This document shows, in pieces, positions 10,305 through 16,221 of a stretch of DNA of 16,221 nucleotides. This stretch comes from Antedon mediterranea (taxonomy: Eukaryota > Animalia > Echinodermata). The position numbers and the translations under genes were made by a program. The stretch's first letter is position 1; every line of letters starts with the position of its first letter. The DNA lies in the NCBI RefSeq assembly GCF_964355755.1, contig NC_092678.1, positions 1-16,221 of the forward strand. Direction: 5' to 3'. Under the pieces are notes generated by a model that was given only the letters and a program-made list of their open reading frames with translations, had not been told where the DNA came from and did not search any database.

Positions 10305-11133
10305 GTGTTTAATATAAATATTCAAACAAATGTTAGTTTATATACATACCATTTAAACAGTATATGAATATTGATTGCAGCTGATCCATGTGTTCTGAAA
10401 AAAAATATTATATGTTATTTGTTAAAATGTCAAGACATGTTTGGTTCAGTAAATATTAATTTAACTGCAGCATTGTCAACTGAAGTATTTATTTAAATAG
10501 AGGGACTATGCGTACAAAACAAAGGTAACTAAAGTAAAAAGTACATATTTTTTCCTCACTTACTTAAAAAAAAACTGTTTAATACTATAAGAATTAATAC
10601 AAATGGTTATAGGTTAAATAATATACATACCATTTAAACAGTATCTGTTATATTACTGAATTCATTCCTGTTATTGTGGATGTATAGTAGGAGAACTGTC
10701 ATTTGATATTCTTATACATTCTGTGCCAAAACCATGGCATCCTTTGTAATACACCTGAATAGTTCTATGCAAATTACCCTTTTCGTTTAACTTCAATGCC
10801 CATCACTTTTGACTGTGACAATATTGATTGGAGCACATCCATGTGTTCTGAAAAAAAATATTATATGTTATTTGTTTAAATGCCAAGACATGTTTGGATC
10901 AGTAAATATTAATTTAACTGCAGTGTTGTCAACTCAAGTATTTATTTAAATAGAGGGACTAGGCCTATGCCTACAAACATTTTGACAAAGCTGACTAAAG
11001 TAAAAAGTACATATTTTTTCCTCATTACCCTTTAAAAAAAACTGTTTAATACTATAAATATTAAAACAAACGGTTTTAGGTTAAATAATATACATACCAT
11101 TTAAACAGTATCTTTTATATTACTGAATTCATT
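10305..11133. repeat. ~300-bp diverged direct duplication (10367-10666 vs 10820-11133) plus a partial third copy (~10305-10363)
   Basis: Shared blocks such as tccatgtgttctgaaaaaaaatattatatgttatttgtt, agtatttatttaaatagagggacta and tatacataccatttaaacagtat (the last occurs three times). Confidence 0.9.
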
Positions 11134-12013
11134 AATTAATGGGTGGATATACTAGCCTAGTAGGCCTACTAACTACTACCACTACTACTAGGCCTAGGCT
11201 AGCTAGTATACTGGACATCATCGCTGATTTAATCATTATTATTACCCAGTCCACCCCATCCAGATATCCATCCTACCTAGGCTAGCCTATGTTAAGTTTT
11301 AAAATTTTACATTAATATTATCACCTAAACTAAGCCTAGGCTAATGTATTTTTTTTTAAATCAAAAATAATCATTATCTTTATATACAAGCCAAGCCAAG
11401 TCGCGTCAACTTGGTAAGTGGACCTGACTACCCACGTCGTGGGGGTAGCCTAGGCCTACTAGATGGGGCGATCTTGGCCATGCTGTATACAATTCAAATA
11501 CGGTTCACGTCAAGCTGAAACCTTATATTAACAATTCTCGTAACAATTGCCTACGAAATAAAATAAATCTCAGTTCCTAAAGTGACTAACAACTAATTAT
11601 ATATAAATATCCAAATTTAACCATATTTTTACATTGAATAATTACTAATTTTAAGCATATTTACACTCTAAATTTCAACTACTCACCAGGCTTCGAAGAA
11701 ACACGCTTTCTTTCTCGCCATCCCATAGTAAGATAAAAAAACCGCTCATTTAACATTTTCTCATGAATATTCATATTTTCGAGTCAAATTTTATGTCATT
11801 ATCTCAAATAAATTATGTTTTATTTTCGTTTCAGTTTTTATTTTTAATGTTGTGATTGGTATGGACGCACCATCTACGCATGTGTGCCACTGTTAAAAAA
11901 GTGTTGTTCCAAATAAATATTATTATTATTATTATTATAGTGCGCCCTCTCTGGTTAGGTTATGGAAATATTAAGATTAAAACTATAGAGGGGGTATGAC
12001 TTTTTGTCAATAA

Positions 12014-12031
12014 CGAAACCACCGTAGAAAC
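12014..12031 (-). repeat. right terminal inverted repeat candidate
   Basis: cgaaaccaccgtagaaac, reverse complement of the left terminus with 2 mismatches. Confidence 0.7.
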
Positions 12032-12416
12032 ATACAATGTATTTCAAAATTATAACTTTTCTATATCAATGTAAACACATTACCAGCAACAACACAGTGG
12101 ATTATACAAAACATAACTCACTAAGTCCATAGGCATACTACATGCAACACTTTATATATTGACTGTATATGTACAGGTATTCCAAAAGCAGTAAAAATAA
12201 AATACATTTTGGGGGACAGGCCTACCTGGCTGCGATTTTGTTTTTCGTACACAAGTTGGGGACCCCTCATGAAACGTCACAAAATAAACATGAATAATTC
12301 ATCAGTTACAATACATGCAATTTAGGCCTACCTAGCCTAGACGTGACCTATGCATAAGTAACTAGAAAAGTAATAGAAGAAGATGAAGCAGAAAAACAAT
12401 TTTTTTTTTTACTTAC

Positions 12417-12568
12417 ATCATCCAAATGTCTCGTGAGTTTTTATTGTAAAACTCCCGGTGATAATCAGACATTGATAACCTATGTTGAGCAGCCGAAAAC
12501 GTACCGTACAATATGGACATTGCATTGGTCGTCGAGAGCACAAACACTACGAGTGTCATCAAATCCAT
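12417..12568 (-). CDS. exon 1 of the PPxY multi-pass membrane protein (spliced to 5050)
   Basis: ATG at 12568 opens MDLMTLVVFVLSTTNAMSILYGTFSAAQHRLSMSDYHREFYNKNSRDIWM+AT (152 nt), followed by a perfect GTAAGT donor (12416-12411). The phase-2 junction AT|G joins exon 2 in frame. Same CpG-rich style as the other flanking ORFs. Confidence 0.75.
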
Positions 12569-12677
12569 TTCTCTTGCATAGTGATTGTAAACGGAGAGTC
12601 GTACTATAATACATTATACTTGTATGATGTCACCTACCCATGATGATGTCAGCTATATTTAGTACACGTAAGATGCT

Positions 12678-13486
12678 AAAATAATGGCGGTGCAATATTA
12701 TTATACCTACGGTTGCAATCTGGATGCGTTATGAAATACGTCAGATACCCACCGTTTGTTGTAGATGACGTCGATATAAAGACTAATATTCACCCTAGAT
12801 GCTATGTTTAATACACACACATACACACACACACACATAAAATAATGATGGTGCAATATTATACCCACGCTTGCAATCTGGATGCGTTATGAAATACGTC
12901 AGATACCCACCGTTTGTTGTAGATGACGTCGATATAAAGACTAATATTCACCCTAGATGCTATGTTTAATACACACACACATAAAATAATGATGGTGCTA
13001 TATATTATACCCACGCTTGCAATCTGGATGCGTTATGAAATACGTCAGATACCCACCGTTTGTTGTAGATGACGTCGATATAAAGACTAATATTCACCCT
13101 AGATGCTATGTTTAATACACACACACATAAAATAATGATGGTGCTATATATTATACCCACGCTTGCAATCTGGATGCGTTATGAAATACGTCAGATACCC
13201 ACCGTTTGTTGTAGATGACGTCGATATAAAGACTAATATTCACCCTAGATGCTATGTTTAATACACACACACACACACATAAAATAATGATGGTGCAATA
13301 TTATACCCACGCTTGCAATCTGGATGCGTTATGAAATACGTCAGATACCCACCGTTTGTTGTAGATGACGTCGATATAAAGACTAATATTCACCCTAGAT
13401 GCTATGTTTAATACACACACACATAAAATAATGATGGTGCAATATTATACCCACCGCGTTTGTTGTGGATTATAATAAAGACTAAA
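12678..13486. repeat. tandem array of five ~144-161 bp units plus one internally deleted partial unit; each full unit has a variable (CA)n tract and an imperfect palindrome with CRE-like half-sites
   Basis: Units start at 12678, 12839, 12983, 13129, 13281 and 13425 (aaaataatgRYggtgc...). They are near-identical apart from (CA)n length and a few bases. Confidence 0.95.
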
Positions 13487-13784
13487 TAATAGAGTTTAGA
13501 ATACATTATAATCCGCCAAGAAACAAACAAAACCTACTATAATAATATCGAAACGTATTCGATAACAGATGCATTACTAGTTCACATGCATACAAAATCG
13601 AATCAGGCACGCAAAAGCTTGTATACCTTTCAGATACTTTACCTATACGCTCTAGCGAATTATTCGTTTCGCTAAGAATGCATAAAATGGAACTTGACGT
13701 TTCCAAAACATCTCAGTCGAATGTCAGATTTTGCCGAAAAGACATATAAAAAATAAATAAATAAAAAAATTAAAAAGAATTAAA

Positions 13785-15116
13785 ATGGCAGGAAGAAGAA
13801 AAAGAAGGAAACGAGCGAAACGATGTCAAAAACGAACGAACGACCGTTGTAATTTGTGCAACCTGCCGACCGAATTGCTGCTGTACATTTTCTCCTTCAT
13901 GGATTACGTGTCTCAGTTAGAGTTGGCCAACTCGAGTCCCTACATGACCGGATTGTTGGGCGATTTGGAATTGATCGCAACCGAGGCGGCCGTACAACTG
14001 TGCAAACGTAAACGTCACGGTACGGTTGACACGTTTCAAAGCTGCCGACCATCCGCCGGAAGCCTGTTGATGTGCGTGAAGCGAAAGTTTAAGCCGGTTC
14101 TCGATTTGCAATCGACTTTGCCGCAATTCTACATGTCTAACCTAGTGCTGAAGAATGTGCATTTTAGAGAGGGAACACTGCATCGCATCTTGGAAGAAAC
14201 GGTGGTCTGCTTGGAGTATTTGGAATTGGACTCGTGCACCGGTGTTGTTTTCCACCCGGCTGCCAACCAACTAATCCCGTCGGACAAAATAGGACATTCA
14301 TCGATACATTGCAAAAACATGAAAGTGCACTTGGACGACGTTCGCCAAACCCTGGTTCCCGATGGATTTTCTAGCAAATATACCTACTACGTGGTACTGA
14401 CCGACTGCGACATGACGGAGACGGATCAAAATCTGAACTACAGGCTGTTGATCGTGTACGACGGACGCTCCAACGGGGCAGATGTTGGACGTTACTTTAA
14501 CCTAATCACAGTCTCGTCCGTGTGGAAAGAAACCGAAGTGTTGAAGGTTCGTCCTTACACACGAAACGAAGAAGACACAGTGTGGATGCCGATGGTCAAT
14601 CGGACCAGTTTAAATGCGGCCATCGACCATTTCGCCGCCGAATCTTCAAAAGAAACCTCTCTAGAACTTTCGTTGGACGGCTACACGGATGACCGAGTCG
14701 ACATGTCAGTCGGCTTGCGATTGATGAGCTGGGACTCTTTGACCACTTTGTTTCTGCTAAATTCAATAGTGGACGAAGGTTTTCTTTCTGTTGTCATGTC
14801 GGAACATCCGAACCTGAACACGATAACGATAAAGAATTGCGAAGGTGATCCGTTCGGTGAGATGGAAACGAGCCCCAACACCGCACTGAGGCATTTGAAC
14901 CTGATCGAAATGAATATCGACGAGGCAGGCATGGCTGAATTCATGACACCAATCATCAACGTCGTCAAGTTAACTTTACATAATATGTGTTTCTTCGACG
15001 AACGTCTTTTCGCTAAACGATTGTACGAGACATCCGGCTATCGTTGGCTCGATTGTGAGTATGTCCGCGAGCCAGGCGTATTGGTTCCCATTGAGATGTT
15101 TCTTGAAACGGGTTGA
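13785..15116 (+). CDS. F-box / leucine-rich-repeat protein (443 aa) with basic N-terminal NLS
   Basis: F-box signature LCNLPTELLLYIFSFMDYVSQLELANSS near the N-terminus. Degenerate LRR-like units LEYLELDSC, LTTLFLLNS, HPNLNTITIKNC, LRHLNLIEM, VVKLTLHNM. RRKRRKRAKR at the start. Intronless. TATAAAA at 13745 and AATAAA at 15190. Confidence 0.88.
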   Translation: MAGRRKRRKRAKRCQKRTNDRCNLCNLPTELLLYIFSFMDYVSQLELANSSPYMTGLLGDLELIATEAAVQLCKRKRHGTVDTFQSCRPSAGSLLMCVKRKFKPVLDLQSTLPQFYMSNLVLKNVHFREGTLHRILEETVVCLEYLELDSCTGVVFHPAANQLIPSDKIGHSSIHCKNMKVHLDDVRQTLVPDGFSSKYTYYVVLTDCDMTETDQNLNYRLLIVYDGRSNGADVGRYFNLITVSSVWKETEVLKVRPYTRNEEDTVWMPMVNRTSLNAAIDHFAAESSKETSLELSLDGYTDDRVDMSVGLRLMSWDSLTTLFLLNSIVDEGFLSVVMSEHPNLNTITIKNCEGDPFGEMETSPNTALRHLNLIEMNIDEAGMAEFMTPIINVVKLTLHNMCFFDERLFAKRLYETSGYRWLDCEYVREPGVLVPIEMFLETG

Positions 15117-15266
15117 AGAAATCGATTTTTTTATATAACAAGTATACATAACATGTGTTTATAATAATAACAAAACAAAAATGTTCTGTAATAAAAATGA
15201 TATTTATTCGAGAAAAAGAATTATTAAAAGAAAAAGCAAATGCATTCTATATTTTTTTTTTTTTTT

Positions 15267-16148
15267 TCAATCATGATGAATTTGAAATATTACAAATGTC
15301 TTCATTACATCGTCTTTGTCAGCTTCTTCTTCACTCTTCTTTAGACGGAATCTTTCGGAAATGCGAATGTCGTCCGGAATATCAGATGTAGTGAATTTAG
15401 AATATTCTTGTATGATCTCCGGTGTCATGTGGGGATGTAATTTCTTCATGATAAATTTATATTCCTTTTGCATAGCCATCTGCGTGCCTGCTATAAACGA
15501 CTTTGGAAGAGGAGAGAGTCCCTGTGGAACGTAAATGTTCTCTACTACATCCCACAGAGTTTTCGGTAGGAAAGTGTGTTTTCTGGTCATTTCACGTTCC
15601 ATACCATCCAGTACATTATGATAGAAAGTTGTCAAGACTTCCCTCTTTCCTGACTTTGTAAAATCGTAAAACTGTACAATTACGCCTTTGATGTATTGCA
15701 ACCGAATTCCTTGCAGATACTCGTCCAATTCCTCAATGAAATACGTAGGCCTACGTCGACCAGTGTATGCGAATTCTATATTCGCTCCCTGGAGTAGATA
15801 TGCGATCATCATTTTCAATATCGGTTTTCCTAACAAGTCCGTGTGTGCTATCGTTGGATGAAAGTCCATACTTTTCGAAATCCGGACATCCGCTTCCCCC
15901 GGAATGTACCATTGATGGTCATAATAAATTTCGTGAGTGGTATGGTCTGTGTAAACGTCTCGATGTACATCGTAGCCTTTGATCAACAGAATTCGTTTAA
16001 ATCTCTCTTCAAAGTATTCTGTTCTTTGAATTCTCAGCTTTTCAGTTACTGATCTTCGCAGCATCATTTCCCGTTTTGTTGTGCTTTTTTTTCTGTTAAA
16101 ATTTCTCTTTTTATATCTACCATTTCCCTCGCCCCCCCCCCCCCCCAT
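15267..16148 (-). CDS. hypothetical protein (293 aa), basic N-terminus, virus-like orphan
   Basis: Intact intronless ORF convergent with the F-box gene. Minus-strand AATAAA at 15208-15203. The start depends on a 15-nt homopolymer (poly-Gly), so MMLRR could be the true start. No family recognised. Confidence 0.8.
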   Translation of the reverse strand: MGGGGGEGNGRYKKRNFNRKKSTTKREMMLRRSVTEKLRIQRTEYFEERFKRILLIKGYDVHRDVYTDHTTHEIYYDHQWYIPGEADVRISKSMDFHPTIAHTDLLGKPILKMMIAYLLQGANIEFAYTGRRRPTYFIEELDEYLQGIRLQYIKGVIVQFYDFTKSGKREVLTTFYHNVLDGMEREMTRKHTFLPKTLWDVVENIYVPQGLSPLPKSFIAGTQMAMQKEYKFIMKKLHPHMTPEIIQEYSKFTTSDIPDDIRISERFRLKKSEEEADKDDVMKTFVIFQIHHD

Positions 16149-16221
16149 AATAGCCTAATGTATGTGTGAGTGTGAGTGTCCAAAGACGCGCGGCGACGTT
16201 TAGTTTGCATCCTATTTTACA

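Larger units (their letters stand above)
5231..12031 (+). mobile_element. Chapaev-type (CMC group) DNA transposon, ~6.8 kb, non-functional copy
   Basis: Inverted termini enclose a Chapaev-like transposase pseudogene. Abrupt switch to AT-rich, CpG-poor, intron-rich sequence relative to the flanking ORFs. Exact ends are uncertain by a few bp. Confidence 0.8.

Noticed and set aside
10060-11780. RAG2-like gene
   Set aside because: No kelch GG repeats, PHD finger or sustained ORF could be reconstructed.
11938-11956. CTCF-like motif (GCGCCCTCT; similar word at ~5582)
   Set aside because: Only the short core matches. It may be a subterminal element motif but cannot be supported from sequence alone.
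12151-12158. CACAGTG RSS-type heptamer near the right end of the transposon
   Set aside because: No properly spaced nonamer and no inverted partner at the left end; expected by chance.
12749-12755. CCACCGT in the array palindrome loop matching the transposon TIR core
   Set aside because: Only 7 bp, so chance cannot be excluded.
12678-13486. CRISPR array
   Set aside because: Units are ~145-160 bp and near-identical over their whole length, with no unique spacers. The context is eukaryotic and no cas genes are present.

Overview
Eukaryotic (probably invertebrate-associated) window with two layers. (1) Compact, CpG-rich, mostly intronless orphan ORFs that look like genes of a large nuclear dsDNA virus, probably an endogenous copy: a fragmented Cys-rich/multi-TM membrane-protein locus (949-2389, -), a ~562-aa protein with an acidic/NLS tail (2480-4168, +), a two-exon multi-pass membrane protein ending in PPxY (exon 1 12568-12417, exon 2 5050-4381, -), an F-box/LRR protein (13785-15116, +) and a 293-aa orphan (15267-16148, -). 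A ~145-160 bp tandem array with CRE-bearing imperfect palindromes (12678-13486) lies between the divergent starts of the membrane and F-box genes. (2) A ~6.8 kb AT-rich, CpG-poor DNA transposon (~5231-12031, short inverted termini) sits inside the intron of the membrane-protein gene. It carries a decayed 10-exon Chapaev-type DDE transposase with a RAG1-like N-terminus (Chapa Zn finger, RING, further Zn finger) and traces of a second, convergent spliced transcript. No viral hallmark gene is recognisable in this window, so the viral origin is an inference.
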